Source: Octopus sinensis (taxonomy: Eukaryota). Taken from it: a stretch of DNA of 64,000 nucleotides. Below are positions 1 through 11,944 of this stretch, one piece after another. Made by a program: the position numbers and the translations under genes. The stretch's first letter is position 1. The number at the start of each line of letters is the position of its first letter. The stretch covers positions 190,464,001-190,528,000 of the forward strand of contig NC_042998.1 of NCBI RefSeq assembly GCF_006345805.1, written 5' to 3'. The notes under the pieces are model-generated. The model did not search any database. It saw nothing but the letters and a program-made list of their open reading frames with translations, and was not told where the DNA came from.

Positions 1-19
1 ACATTATTTAGCTGGAATT

Positions 20-600
20 GTATTTTCAGTAGATAATTTGGTGCTAGTTGGTACTTTCATGAACGATTTTGATTATATTTTGCTTACGATTATTCTTTGT
101 ATTTTGAGTATTTTTTGGCTTCTCCCAGTAAAGATATATTCTGATGAAGTTGTGTATTTCCGTTTTTCTGTGTTGATACATAAAACAAAAACACTGAGAG
201 TATCTAAGGTGTTCTGTTCTTCGCAATCCCTCAATATCTGTTGATTAAGTGCGCTCTGTTCTTTTATCAGTTAACGTTATTGAGTACTGTCGTTCGAATA
301 ATATTTACTTTAATTTTTGAAGTAGTTGATCGCAAGTTTCAGTTTTAAATGAGATACATTTGAGAAGATTCTTGTTAAGTTGAAAGGTATATTCATTCTG
401 TATGTATTGGATAAAAAAAATTATTTCTTGAGTTTGCTAGATTGAAGTAAATGTTGGATTCAGTGTCAAGGTCATTTTTAATGATTAACAGCGTAAGTTG
501 GGGGGAAATTTTGATCTCAACCTTTCCTAGATATTGCCATAGAAATTAAAATAATTCTTTTGCTGGATTAATCTTATTCCTTCTACATCAAATTTTTTAT
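20..600 (-). mobile_element. Possible heavily decayed LINE AP-endonuclease relic
   Basis: Minus-strand frames give LLIIKNDLDT (cf. IIxGDFN) and EYIF...QRIIVSK...KLS (cf. EYTF...RID.IL...LSDH), with many stops. Weak. Confidence 0.25.
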
Positions 601-817
601 GTATTCATTTAAACAGATCGTTAGAAAAAATTTCAAATCCGATTTCGATGACTCCTTATTCCTATTCATGTAGAATCGTAAAACAAAAGCGCACAAAAAG
701 AGTATGTTTGTTGATTTTTTCCCCACCAGGGGATTAACACCTCTAAATAAAATTATCTCTTAGGAAATTCAGTACGTGTTTCCGAAGAGGTTTCAAAAGA
801 ATATTCTTTTATTATTT

Positions 818-1035
818 TATTCTTTTACTTGTTTCAGTCATTCGATTGCGGCCATACTGGACCACCGCCCTGAACGGTTTTTTAGAGGAACAAATCAACC
901 CCAGAACTTATTTCTTAAGCCATGTACTTATTCTATCATTCAATTTTGCCGAACTGCTAAGTTACGGGGACGTAAACAAATTAACACCGGTTGTCAAATT
1001 GTGATGGGGTAACAAACACAAACACAAAAGCACAC
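818..1035 (-). mobile_element. SINE family A, 3' half
   Basis: Matches the 3' half of full copies at 23436-23828 and 52523-52935 (ttgtttcagtcatt...gcggccat...gccgaac.gctaagttacgg). Confidence 0.8.
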
Positions 1036-1177
1036 GCAGATACATACATACATACATACATACATACATACATACATACATACATACATACATACATACA
1101 TAATATTTTTTGCAGAAAGCACCTGAAATGTCTGCCTGCACTGATTGATACAACACAACTAGATGCACAATACACTA

Positions 1178-1220
1178 ACCCTAAAGGACAGCTGCAGAAT
1201 GGGTCGAAACGATCGTCGGG
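1178..1220 (+). ncRNA. Degenerate minimal type-I hammerhead ribozyme relic
   Basis: cc(c)-[CTAAAG, damaged core]-gac...gtc-GAAAC-gatc-GTC-ggg. Stems I, II and III are intact; the CUGANGA box is damaged. Confidence 0.45.
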
Positions 1221-1269
1221 CTAAATAAAGACTCATACTAATCCATCTTCCGTCGTTTCCCCCATAAAT

Positions 1270-1332
<63 letters not shown>

Positions 1333-1505
1333 TATATATTATATATATATATATATATAAGAGGGTTACCATTACGTGGACACCCTAATGCTAGAAGTAG
1401 AACTGCTATGGTCTTACCTGTAAGAATTGTTCTCTAGAAAATTTAACAAACACCAGAAACGTAAGCGAGCAAGACAAATGAAAAGTAACAAAAATATAGA
1501 TTAAT

Positions 1506-1578
1506 CATAAACAATGTTTCACTATTAACAAATTACGTAATTTTACTTACGTAATTGATCTGTAGATCTTCAGTATGG
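1506..1578 (-). ncRNA. Minimal type-I hammerhead ribozyme motif with long stem II
   Basis: Minus strand: cata-CTGAAGA-[long stem II containing aattacgt/acgtaatt hairpin; U.U at its base]-GAAAC-att-GTT-tatg. 4-bp stem I. Confidence 0.6.
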
Positions 1579-1798
1579 TCGTCCATACAGATATAATTTG
1601 AAGAACTACACACCATACATCCGCACGAGGTCGAACATGTTTGTAGTTTTACCTATTACACTTGTGGTTATTTTTCAAAAGTCCTCGTTTTGGCGCGCTA
1701 AATTACCGGAAATAATACTGCATAAAATAATTTACTGCAGTAGTTTTTGCCGGTTTGAGAACGTATTAATTTAAAATTAATATATATATATATATATA

Positions 1799-1960
1799 TC
1801 TTTTATATGAATGGCAATTTCTGTCTGTCACCATATTACTGCGTAAACCAGCGAACCAATATTCACCAAACTTTGCATACGTGTTACACTAACATTCAGT
1901 TCAATAATAGGCTAATTGGATTTCAATAAAAATCTATAATATGCCCCTTAGTGGGGTTGG
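1799..1960 (+). mobile_element. Helitron-like 5' terminal fragment
   Basis: a|TC start, then ttttatatgaatggcaatttctgtctgtc...ttcaccaaactttgcatac, typical of metazoan non-autonomous Helitron 5' ends. No 3' CTAG end found. Confidence 0.4.
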
Positions 1961-2111
1961 GTGAATTATATGATAAAAAGTATTAGTCTGAGATAACAGA
2001 GTGAGTGTGATTTATATCGGGGAAGGGAGTAAGTGACAAATATGGAGTAACAATGGGATGAAAACAATACAGTTGTAATATAAACGCGACTCTGCATACA
2101 TACTTTCGTAA

Positions 2112-2187
<76 letters not shown>

Positions 2188-2222
2188 ACACATATACATA
2201 CATACATACATACATACATACA

Positions 2223-2255
<33 letters not shown>

Positions 2256-2424
2256 CTACTATACACAATTTCAACACGTGAGTACCTGTGTGTACGTTTG
2301 TAAATGTGTGTGCATGTGTGTGTGTGTGTGGTGTGTGTGTGTGTGTGTGACATCCTATAACTATCTTTGTCTCTACTTTTGTAGGGTCCTCCTTGTGGCT
2401 CTCACATATTGTGAGATTTTAGAA

Positions 2425-2620
2425 TTACGTCAAAATTTGGTATATTGAAATAATTTTCCACGTTAAATCCGATTTTGTTATATATTTGTTCCAGAAAAAT
2501 TGCAGAAAAGTGTTACTGAGGTTTAAAGGTTAATCAATTTTACCTAATCGGAAAACAGGATTTGGAAGCTAGAATTTTCTGCATGATAGCTGTCTATCAC
2601 AAAATGAAAGCAAAATCATT
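2425..2620 (+). repeat. Unclassified interspersed repeat (second copy inverted at ~42810-42985)
   Basis: Shared aaaacaggatttggaagctag and caaatttggtatatt blocks. Confidence 0.55.
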
Positions 2621-2917
2621 TGGAAGAAGAATTTTTATTAAACAATCAAAAACAAAGCTTTACGACGACCAAATTTGTAAGAACTTCTGAAGTTTTTGTA
2701 AGTTTTAATGAATAGCGTCATGTGAAACGGTCGAACAGACATGTAAATAATTTAAAAAGGAAAAAAAATCCTCACCGAAGATCTTTTGCGAAAAATTGCA
2801 CAAATCTGTCCTGATCAAGAGACCTATCTGCCGAGGAAGGCATGCTCTGACAAGGAATAAAGAAAATTTTATAAAAGACATTCTATTGTTAGAATTGCCT
2901 GGCAACAACGGGAATTC

Positions 2918-3266
2918 GACTGCGGCCATGCTGGAGCATCGCCTTTAGGCGAACAAATCGACCCCCAGGACTTATTCTTTGTAAGCCAAGTACTTATTCT
3001 ATCGATTTATTTCGCCAAACCGCTAAGTTACGGGGGCGTAAGCACACCAGCATCGGTTGTCAAGCGATGGTGTGAGAACGAACACAGACACACAAACACG
3101 CGCGCGCACACACTCAGCGGGCTTCTTTCAGTTTCCGTCCACCAAATCCACTCAGAAAGCTTTAGTCGGCCCGTGGCTATAGTAGAAGACACTTGACCAA
3201 AGCTCCACGCAGTGGGACCGAACCATGTAGTTGGTAAGCAAGCTACTTACCACATCCACTCCTGCC
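2918..3266 (-). mobile_element. SINE family A (tRNA-derived head, ccttgggcaag-type core)
   Basis: Near full-length reverse copy from the gcaggagtgg head to the gcggccatgctggagc tail region. Confidence 0.85.
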
Positions 3267-3593
3267 CCTATATATATATTGAATGCGCCTATATGTATAT
3301 ATTGAATGTATTTATACATGTGTGTATGTATGTATATATAATGATGATGGCGATAGTGATGGCGTGACCGAGGAAGACAATCACTGACCATTGCCCATGC
3401 TAAATGTCAGCAGTGCCCGTGCACGAGGTTGTTGCATCCGCGGTCGGATTCACTCGGGTTCGCACTACCCTCGAACTCGACCAGGCATTGGATTGTTGTC
3501 TCGTCGTCGAATGCTCAGCATAAAATCTTAGTTTTAATAAGGCTTTCACAACACCTCACAGACTCTCTCTCCACTCTACTGTGGAGTATAACC

Positions 3594-3697
3594 AGCCGAA
3601 ATTGCAATGATAATCTGGAACTCGACTGAGGAAAGAAAACTCCGTCCTTGTTTTCTTTGTATTCTGGATGTTTTGCGTTCTTGTCCCATTTTGTATT

Positions 3698-3702
<5 letters not shown>
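3594..3702 (+). repeat. Interspersed repeat family E (possibly Penelope-derived), copy 1
   Basis: gccgaaattgc...gttttgcgttcttgtcccattttgtattttt followed by (TA)n; also at 22985-23108 and inverted at 41270-41590. Confidence 0.6.
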
Positions 3703-3736
<34 letters not shown>

Positions 3737-3812
3737 CATACATAATACACACACACATATATATATACACACACACACACACATATATATATATATGCAT
3801 ATACATACATAT

Positions 3813-3895
<83 letters not shown>

Positions 3896-4036
3896 GGTGC
3901 TCCAGCATGGCCACAGTCATTGGACTGAAACATATAAAAGAATAAAGGAATATATATAAAGATATGCACAAACAAAGGGAAAACAAACACAGAAAGTCGC
4001 CAGAGTCTTATCAGTAATCGACCAATGGATTTATGA

Positions 4037-4110
4037 AATTTCGCGCCGTCAAACGAAGGCGCGAAATTACGTTGATATGTTTGGCCGATAACTGACGAGG
4101 ATTTGGCGAC
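4037..4110 (+). repeat. 11-bp hairpin plus ggccgataactgacgagg motif (family shared with 26572-26865)
   Basis: aatttcgcgcc/ggcgcgaaatt perfect stem at 4037-4068; the downstream motif matches the arms at 26.6-26.8 kb. Confidence 0.5.
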
Positions 4111-4237
4111 CTTCTCTGTTTGTTTTCATTTTCTTGTGCATTTATTATAGATTTTTAAAATTTACACACACACATAAGATGCATGTGTGTATATATACGT
4201 ATGCACACACATGCATGCATAGATATATATATATATG

Positions 4238-4271
<34 letters not shown>

Positions 4272-4280
4272 TATACATAT

Positions 4281-4429
4281 AAATTCCGCCGAGGTCGACT
4301 TTGCCTTTCATCCTTTCGGGGTCGATAAATAAAGTACCAGTTACGCACTAGGGCGATGTAATCGACTTAATCCCTTTGTCTGTCCTTGTTTGTCCCCTCT
4401 ATGTTTAGCCCCTTGTGGGTAATAAAGAA

Positions 4430-4432
<3 letters not shown>
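4281..4432 (+). mobile_element. SINE family B, 5'-truncated
   Basis: aaattccgccgaggtcgactttgcctttcatcc...ccccttgtgggtaataaagaaata. Confidence 0.85.
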
Positions 4433-4477
<45 letters not shown>

Positions 4478-5411
4478 GAAGAAGACGACGACGACGACCA
4501 CCACTACCACATAAATGCATATATTTGTATACGGATATATTCTTACATGTCTGTCTGTGTGTGTGTGCATGTGTGTGTGTTGGTGGCATGTGTTATTAGT
4601 GTTTGGTGGTGGTGGTGGGTTGACAGTTGTGTTGGTGCCTTTTTTAGGAGAAGATTCATGAATTTTTCGTATATTTTCTTCGTTGTGACCTATTTTTTCT
4701 ACTGTACCCATTTTATCAATTTCAAGCACATTGAAATAGAAAATACAACTGTTTCTCTTTCGATTCTTCTTAATTTAGTAAAACTATGTGAATTTTTATA
4801 AAATATCATGTAATTTTTTTTTGTAATTATTGAATTGAATCTTTTTGGCTTGGTTGTATCATAAAGCTAAACTAATTTAAGTTTGTCCCATTTTTTGAAA
4901 CAAACCATTGATAGAAGGTAAAGCACTCCTTATTTAACTATGATCACGAGTAATCTCCCTTGCATCCTTTTCGAATACCTTTTTCTTTTCCCTCCACAAA
5001 GTAATAAATTTCTACAGATATCTTCGTTCCAGACAAATAACTACAAGGAAACATAATAAAGAAAAAAAAAATCTTGTCATAAATAAATCCTAACGGAAAG
5101 TAGAGTTTTGGATTTATTGATTTCAGTTCCGGCTAAATTCAAAATAAATGTGGTTTAGTACTTAATCAGCATATTTTAAATCGGCTTCGACGAATTATCA
5201 CCTTAGGTTGTGGCTTAAAATTATAATGGTCTTTTTTTTTGTTTTTGTTTAAGTTTTATGAAGTGGGAGAGTAATTATGAAACCGGACACGGTTTGTTTT
5301 ACACAGTTTGAACTACTGTATTACAATCTTACATCTTCTGCTATTGAGATGTATTATATATTGCTTTATGTGTAACGTTGATAATCATACACACACACAC
5401 ACGTATGTAGC

Positions 5412-5495
<84 letters not shown>

Positions 5496-5524
5496 CGTAT
5501 GTGTGTGTGCATATATATATATTA

Positions 5525-5649
5525 CGAGCCACATGGTTCCGAGTTCAGTCCCACTGCGTGGCACCTTGGGCAAGTGCCTTCTACTATAGCCTCGGGCCGA
5601 CCAAAGCCTTGTGAGTGGATTTGGTAGACGGAAACTGAAAGAAGCCCGT

Positions 5650-5708
<59 letters not shown>

Positions 5709-5914
5709 ATATGTTTGCGTGTCTGTGTTTGTCCCCCCAACATCGCTTGACAACCGATGCTGATGTGTTTACGTCCCCGTAAATTAGCGGTTCGGTAAAA
5801 GGAGCCCGATAGAATAAGTACTAGGCTTACAGTGCATAAGTCCTGGGGTCGATTTGCTCGACTAAAGGCGGTGCTCCAGCATGGCCGCAGTCAAATGACT
5901 GAAACAAGTAAAAG
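5525..5914 (+). mobile_element. SINE family A, slightly 5'-truncated, with internal (TA)n
   Basis: ccacatggttccgagttcagtccc...gaaacaagtaaaag. Confidence 0.9.
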
Positions 5915-5974
5915 GGTATATATATATATATACTTTAGGTATGGTAGATGAGTTCAGCAAAAATTTAGATTCAG

Positions 5975-6230
5975 ATGAATATGGTACTTAAGTTGAAGAA
6001 CCAGAATTTGTACGGTAAATAATAAGAAAGAATAAAAAAAGCTCAGCCTTATAGAAATAGAAGATATGATATGGGTGTGTGCTTTGCTCTGTGGAAACAT
6101 AAAATTTTTAAGCATAAAGATAATGGCAACCTGATTAATAATCGATTAGACCTTAGGGTATCATGTGTACATAATGCCACCCGTAATTTCAAATATTTTA
6201 GAAAGCAGCACTTTATTGATCTTGTGATTT
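5975..6230 (+). mobile_element. Penelope-like element GIY-YIG endonuclease C-terminal relic
   Basis: Reads IKKAQPYRNRR...CFALWKHKIFKHKDNGNLINNRLDLRVSCVH, resembling the PLE motif I.KA.PY...C.LCL.EK..I......LN.R.E....C.H. Confidence 0.5.
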
Positions 6231-6381
6231 AAAACTTATAATGTACCTCTTAGTTGAAAATCAGTGCATAGGTAGCATGCCCTACAGCATTAATTTTCCT
6301 TTAATTAATACTGGGTATCAGTGATTATAGATACAAGCTAATTAAGTAAATAAACAATTTTTAGTTTTAAATACTTGAATT

Positions 6382-6621
6382 CATCATCATCATCATCATC
6401 ATTTAGCGTCCGCTTTCCATGCTAGCATGGGTTGGACGGTTCAACTGGGGTCTGCGAAACCAGAATGCTGCACCAGGCCCAGTCTGATATGGCAATGTTT
6501 CTACGGCTGGATGCCCTTCCTAACGTCAACCACTCCGTGAGTGTAGTGGGTGCTTTTTACGTGCCAGACGGGGCTGGCAAACGACCACGGTCGGATGGTG
6601 CTTTTTACGTGCCACTGGCAC
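6382..6621 (-). mobile_element. Non-LTR retroposon/SINE 3' end with (ATG)n tail
   Basis: (cat)n tail followed by tttagcgtccgctttccatgctagcatggg...ggatgcccttcctaacgtcaacc. Confidence 0.6.
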
Positions 6622-6699
6622 ATTCTTCTCTATTGAAGTTACTAAATTGTATATATACTTCATCATGATTTTAGTGATTAAGCTATTTTATATCCTTTT

Positions 6700-7050
6700 C
6701 TATGGTGTTTCTACCCTACCCGGTCATTTTAATACTTTATAATTGCCTTTAGACAAACCTAAATTTTTGTACCCCTATAAATTCATACTTAGCTTATAAA
6801 AAACAATATGGGTATCTTCACAACTTAAAATTAAACTGCTTAGATTATAATTTAACTAATTTATAGTAAATTTGTTTTCTTATCTCAATGATAAATCTTC
6901 CTGATAACCCTAAATTTTTTACTTTATACATTAATGGCATATTGTATAAAATAGTTTTAGTAATTAAGTTTTTTATCCCTTTCTTAAAGTGTTCCGTCCT
7001 CCTAATTTTGGTATTTATATTGGCTTTATACAAACAGCCCTTCTAATTAA
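6700..7050 (-). mobile_element. Second Penelope-like GIY-YIG relic
   Basis: ORF 6845-7033: LYKANINT...GLSGRFIIEIRKQIYYKL resembles VYKA.V.T...T.LS..IW.LK...I.Y.I. Degenerate. Confidence 0.4.
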
Positions 7051-7388
7051 GTACCACTAAGAAACTGTAATATAATTTACGGATTAACACAAATAACTTT
7101 TAAAATCTATATTATACCTCTTAATTTAATATAATTAGCATGTCCTTTTAACAACAAGTATTCTTTTAACGAATACCAAGTAATACATTTTAACTGTTAT
7201 GGTTAAAAAGAGTAGAAGGTATTAAAATTAGGAGAGAACCCGACTGTATGCTTAGCTGTAGTTACTTTGCCCCTAGGCTAAAATTGCATTACAGCTAACT
7301 CTTTAATCCACCAAAGTGGATAAAAAAGAGAAGAGCGTTAAAATAGGTTTTTTTATTACCCTTTATGCTGTTAATATTAAACTCCCTT

Positions 7389-7515
7389 AAGGTGAGTTGG
7401 CAGAATCGTTAGCTCGCTGGGCAAAATGTTTAGCGGTATTTCGTCCGTCTTTACGTTCTGAGTTCATATACTGCCGAGGTCGACTTTACCTTTTATCCTT
7501 TCGGGGTCGATAAAA
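7389..7515 (+). mobile_element. SINE family B head (diverged)
   Basis: aaggtgagttggcagaatcgttagc...gaggtcgactttacc...ggggtcgataaaa. Confidence 0.8.
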
Positions 7516-8029
7516 TTGCTGGATTTCCGTAGTTTCCAGCAACAAGATTTCACTCATGGCATTAGTCAACCCAGGACAGCAGAAAATTCTTTCCCAAAGT
7601 GTCGTTCAGCAGGATCGATCACGAAACCACGAAACGAAAAAATTCTTTTTCGTTTAGCGATGCCTGCACCTCTTCTTTTATACTTTTTCAGGTTTCAGTC
7701 ATTGGACTGCGGCCACTAGGACACCGCCTTCAAGTGTTTTAATCAATCGTATCGACCTAGCACTTATTTTTATTGAGTTTTGCAGAAAAGAGATGTCGTC
7801 CAATGTTGATTTTAAGCCTGAAGATAACAGCATTTCATTTAATTCCTCCACAATGTGGGGTCCACATCTACTTTTGTTTGTTTGTGATAGAGTTATAGAA
7901 ACGATAGCATTAAAACCGAGTCAATCCCAACGGAAAGCAGCTAAGTTGAAATGTGAGCAAATGATTTTAAAAAATTTATTCTGTTTATTAAATATATTAA
8001 ATGTATACATACAGTTACATTTACAAATA

Positions 8030-8551
8030 CCGTAAATTCTCGAGTATAATACGCATCCCCCCCCCCCAAAAAAAATTTAAAAGTCAAAAGTGCGTACTAT
8101 ATACGAGGTTAAAAATGAAAAATATTTTCTAAGCAATGTCCGAGTCTCTATTTGCTGTCCGGCAATGTTTATTCAGACGCATTTTGTGATGTCGGGCGCG
8201 AAAATACCTTAAGCTGAGCCTGAAAGCAATGAAGTCATAAAAGAATCATCCATAACTTGCAGTAAGCAGCATTTATTAAAATAAAAGTATTCAGAACACA
8301 GAATAACATGTAATAAAAACAATTTGCAAACATATTTACATTCCCATATAACAGTTAAGAACATCACCATTATTGTATTACGCATGTGCGGAAGTGTTTG
8401 TTCGACTAGGCGCTGCTGGCTTAATTACGCACGACTGAAGTTAGAGAAGGGGTGCGTATTATACACAAGGCTTAGGTTTTTCAGAAGTACAGCCCCCTAA
8501 AACTCCCCCGCGTATTATACTGAAGGGCAGACTATACTCGAGGATTTACGG
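8030..8551. mobile_element. Tc1/mariner-superfamily (pogo/Tigger-like) MITE, 522 bp
   Basis: TIRs CCGTAAATTCTCGAGTATA / TATACTCGAGGATTTACGG; TA on both sides (8028-29, 8552-53). Confidence 0.85.
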
Positions 8552-8774
8552 TAATTAAATGATACTCTCTCTCGTTACCCTTTTATTGTCTATCTCTCAC
8601 TTATTTTTTTCTGTATTGACATTTTTTATATTGAATTTACCCTCATCAAACCATACCCCATTAAGCCGGATAATGGAAAACCGGACGAAATCTGAGTTAA
8701 GAAAGTTTCTGTCTGAGTTAATTTCATCTCCAGCTTTGAGTATTAATGTGTAGGAGCTTGGGCATGCTAGATGA

Positions 8775-9030
8775 GCATTACACCATACTAATCATATCTT
8801 TCTGGCATGTGGAAGAGAGTGTAATTCGACAGGAGGACTTAAACGACATGCAAAGGTACATGAAGCCCAGTTACAACTACAGCCGGCTATTACCGGTAAA
8901 GGTTTTAGCTGCCAATTCTGTACAAAACATTGTAGATCTTTAGCTGGGCTAAAAAGTCACATTCGATCACAGCACCAGTAACAGTTAAGCTTTGTGCAAT
9001 GGCCATAATAAAAAACCAGGGGGCAGCCAT
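8775..9030 (+). mobile_element. RTE-type LINE 3' end encoding two C-terminal C2H2-like fingers
   Basis: ATG-less frame 8775-8981: ...FLACGRECNSTGGLKRHAKVH...CQFCTKHCRSLAGLKSHIRSQHQ*, then a short 3' UTR and a (TATG)n tail. Confidence 0.6.
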
Positions 9031-9716
9031 CATGTGTGTGTGTATGTATGTATGTACGTACGTATGTATGTATGTATGTATGTATGTATGTATGTATGTA
9101 TGTATGTATGTATGTATGTATGTATACATACCCGCGCGCACACACAATATAATATATCTATGGTGCGTGTGTTTCTATTGACGTGGGTTGAACAAACCGG
9201 TGCATGGAATAAAATACCTTGACGTATTTTTGATTTGATATCGACTAATTGGCTTTTACTTCTAACGAGATCGACAGAAAAAAAGAACCTCACGTAAATT
9301 TAATCAACTAAAAACCTTGAAAGCAGTGAGTCAACATAACCGCAATCTAATGACTAAAACCAGCCAAAGGATAAAAGAATAAAAGAATAAAAGAATAAAA
9401 TAATTTGTCTTGTCAAAAGAAGCAGTTTTATTGCACAAGTTTCAACTTTCTATCCAGAATTCCGATAACTTTCAATTTCCACGAGGAAATAGGTTTCCCA
9501 TTTTTCAACAAACATCGTAGCGAGTAATGATGGCCATTCAAGATAATTTGTTCTCTTAATGATTCTTTTGTTCGCTCTTATTTTAAAGAGTTTTTCTCTT
9601 CATTCTTCGCACTCCCGATAAATCACTTCCCACTTGATTCCAAATTTTCTCTTTCACTCAGCAAAATTTTTCGTTTTTAGTCTTCCTGTCCACAAACACA
9701 CACACACACAGACACA

Positions 9717-9765
<49 letters not shown>

Positions 9766-9847
9766 AGACACACACACGCCCACACACACACACATGCGCA
9801 CTCTACCGTGTTTTTTTTTTAGGACATGACACCGTATATAGTGTCTC

Positions 9848-10222
9848 TCTCTATCCGCTCAGTCGAAGTCGACTCTCGGTCACTCGTTGGATCAGTGTCC
9901 TCCAGTCAGTTCTATCCTGGGTCGCTTCCTTCAAATTGGCCATGTCCATTCCGGTATCACTCCTGATGGTGTCAAGCCAGCGGGTTCTTGGTCGGCCTCT
10001 TCTCTCTTGCCACTGACCATTCCGAGCATGATGTCCTTCTCCAGGGATTTTCTCTGCATAATATGACCAAAATATGCCAATCTATGCTTGGTGATCCCAG
10101 CTTCTAGCGACATTTTCGGCCTTATCTGCTTAAGAACTTCTCCATTGGTGAGCCTCGCTGTCCATGGAATCTGTAAAAGTCTTCTCCAACACCAAAGCTC
10201 AAATGCATTAATTCTCTTCTGA
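9848..10222 (-). mobile_element. RTE/BovB-like LINE 3' fragment (frameshifted)
   Basis: RINAFELWCWRRLLQIPWTAR...YFGHIMQRKSLEKDIMLG. Confidence 0.9.
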
Positions 10223-10287
10223 ATTTGATTCCAAATTTTCTCTTTCACTCAGCAAAATTTTTCTTTTTTAGTCTTCCTGTCCACACA

Positions 10288-10332
<45 letters not shown>

Positions 10333-10447
10333 ACACACACACACACACCACACACACACACACGTAGACACACACACGCCCACACACACACACATGCGCA
10401 CTCTACCGTGTTTTTTTTTTAGGACATGACACCGTATATAGTGTCTC

Positions 10448-10823
10448 TCTCTATCCGCTCAGTCGAAGTCGACTCTCGGTCACTCGTTGGATCAGTGTCC
10501 TCCAGTCAGTTCTATCCTGGGTCGCTTCCTTCAAATTGGCCATGTCCATTCCGGTATCACTCCTGATGGTGTCAAGCCAGCGGGTTCTTGGTCGGCCTCT
10601 TCCTCTCTTGCCACTGACCATTCCGAGCATGATGTCCTTCTCCAGGGATTTTCTCTGCATAATATGACCAAAATATGCCAATCTATGCTTGGTGATCCCA
10701 GCTTCTAGCGACATTTTCGGCCTTATCTGCTTAAGAACTTCTCCATTGGTGAGCCTCGCTGTCCATGGAATCTGTAAAAGTCTTCTCCAACACCAAAGCT
10801 CAAATGCATTAATTCTCTTCTGA
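10448..10823 (-). mobile_element. RTE/BovB-like LINE 3' fragment (open frame)
   Basis: AFELWCWRRLL.IPWTAR...KRGRGRPRTRWLD...DRTDWR...VTESRLRL*. Confidence 0.92.
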
Positions 10824-10880
10824 ATTTGATTCCAAATTTTCTCTTTCACTCAGCAAATTTTTCTTTTTTAGTCTTCCTGT

Positions 10881-10956
<76 letters not shown>

Positions 10957-11260
10957 TGTAGTTCGTACATATTAGCCAAAATACAAAATGGTTATAGCAG
11001 AGGTATATTTGATCATAGGCCTGTCTTATCGGGGTTGATCTAGAAAAAACGACCACAACAAGAAGACAAGAACATAAAAACAACCGCACTCGCACACACA
11101 CACACATACAAACGCACACACACACATATACATACATACATACATACATACATACATACATACATACATACATACATACATACATACATACATACATACA
11201 TGCATGCGTGCATGCATGCATGCATACATACATACATATAATTTAATTTGCGAAAGTACC

Positions 11261-11385
11261 TGGCCAAGTGGGTAAGGTGCTGGGTTCTCGGTTGTAAATT
11301 TATGAGTTCGACTCCCGGATCAGGCGACACATTATGTTCTTCTGCAAGCTATTTCATTTCATGCCGCTCCACCTCACTCAGGCGA
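11261..11385 (+). mobile_element. Decayed tRNA-derived SINE head
   Basis: A box tggccaagtgg, B box gagttcgactcc, then a core similar to the element at 16986-17327. Confidence 0.55.
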
Positions 11386-11895
11386 CTTCTAATGTAGCCT
11401 TCTCTCCTCTCCAGCTGTCATATTTTGGATATTTCACTAAGTCAAGGACGAAGAATCGAGAGAGCATTTGTGTCTGTTCGTGACTACATGGACAGCAAAA
11501 ATAACCAGTAAACTCATTGGGCAGCTTAACCAGTCATGTTCGCCGGCGAATGATGACTGTCGATCGCTCAGAAATTTCTCTAAATCGTTCAAAATGTTTT
11601 TTTAAAAAATTTCTTACATGTTCTGAACGTAGAATTACCTTCAGCTCCCCGAAGATGTGTATTGTCCAGTAAGACTCACTTCAATGGCAAAGCTGGTAGT
11701 CTGACTCATGAAAGGATAATGTAAAGAATGAAGCAGCCTGGTGCTATATTAGTAGGAATCATATTATATTTGGGGAGAATTCACGAAAAAAACAAAAAAC
11801 AAAAAAAAAAAAAAACAAAAAACTAAAACAAAAAACGAAGACAGGTGGTGTAGAAATCAAACAGATGTATCAGTATAACGCTCGGGAATTGAAAA

Positions 11896-11940
11896 AAGTC
11901 TTTAACGTTTCGAGCCTACGCTCTTCCACAGAAAGGAACA
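11896..11940 (-). ncRNA. Hammerhead-like motif, variant core (probably inactive)
   Basis: Minus strand: cttt-CTGTGGA-a-GAGC/gtag/GCTC-GAAAC-GTT-aaag; A6 replaced by U. Confidence 0.5.
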
Positions 11941-11944
11941 CAGA

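Larger units (their letters stand above)
9634..10952. repeat. Tandem duplication, ~2.2 units of ~600 bp
   Basis: Units start at 9634, 10225 and 10826 (ttgattccaaattttctctttcactcagc); each full unit holds (CA)n and an RTE fragment. Confidence 0.9.

Noticed and set aside
3345-3590. Relatively GC-rich island as a promoter or exon
   Set aside because: No recognisable motif or coding signal; it abuts repeat family E and is probably part of that element.
4367-4729. 120-aa minus-strand ORF (EKIGHNEENIRKIH...PPPPP) as a host exon
   Set aside because: Half of it is microsatellite, no family is recognised and no clear splice sites were seen.
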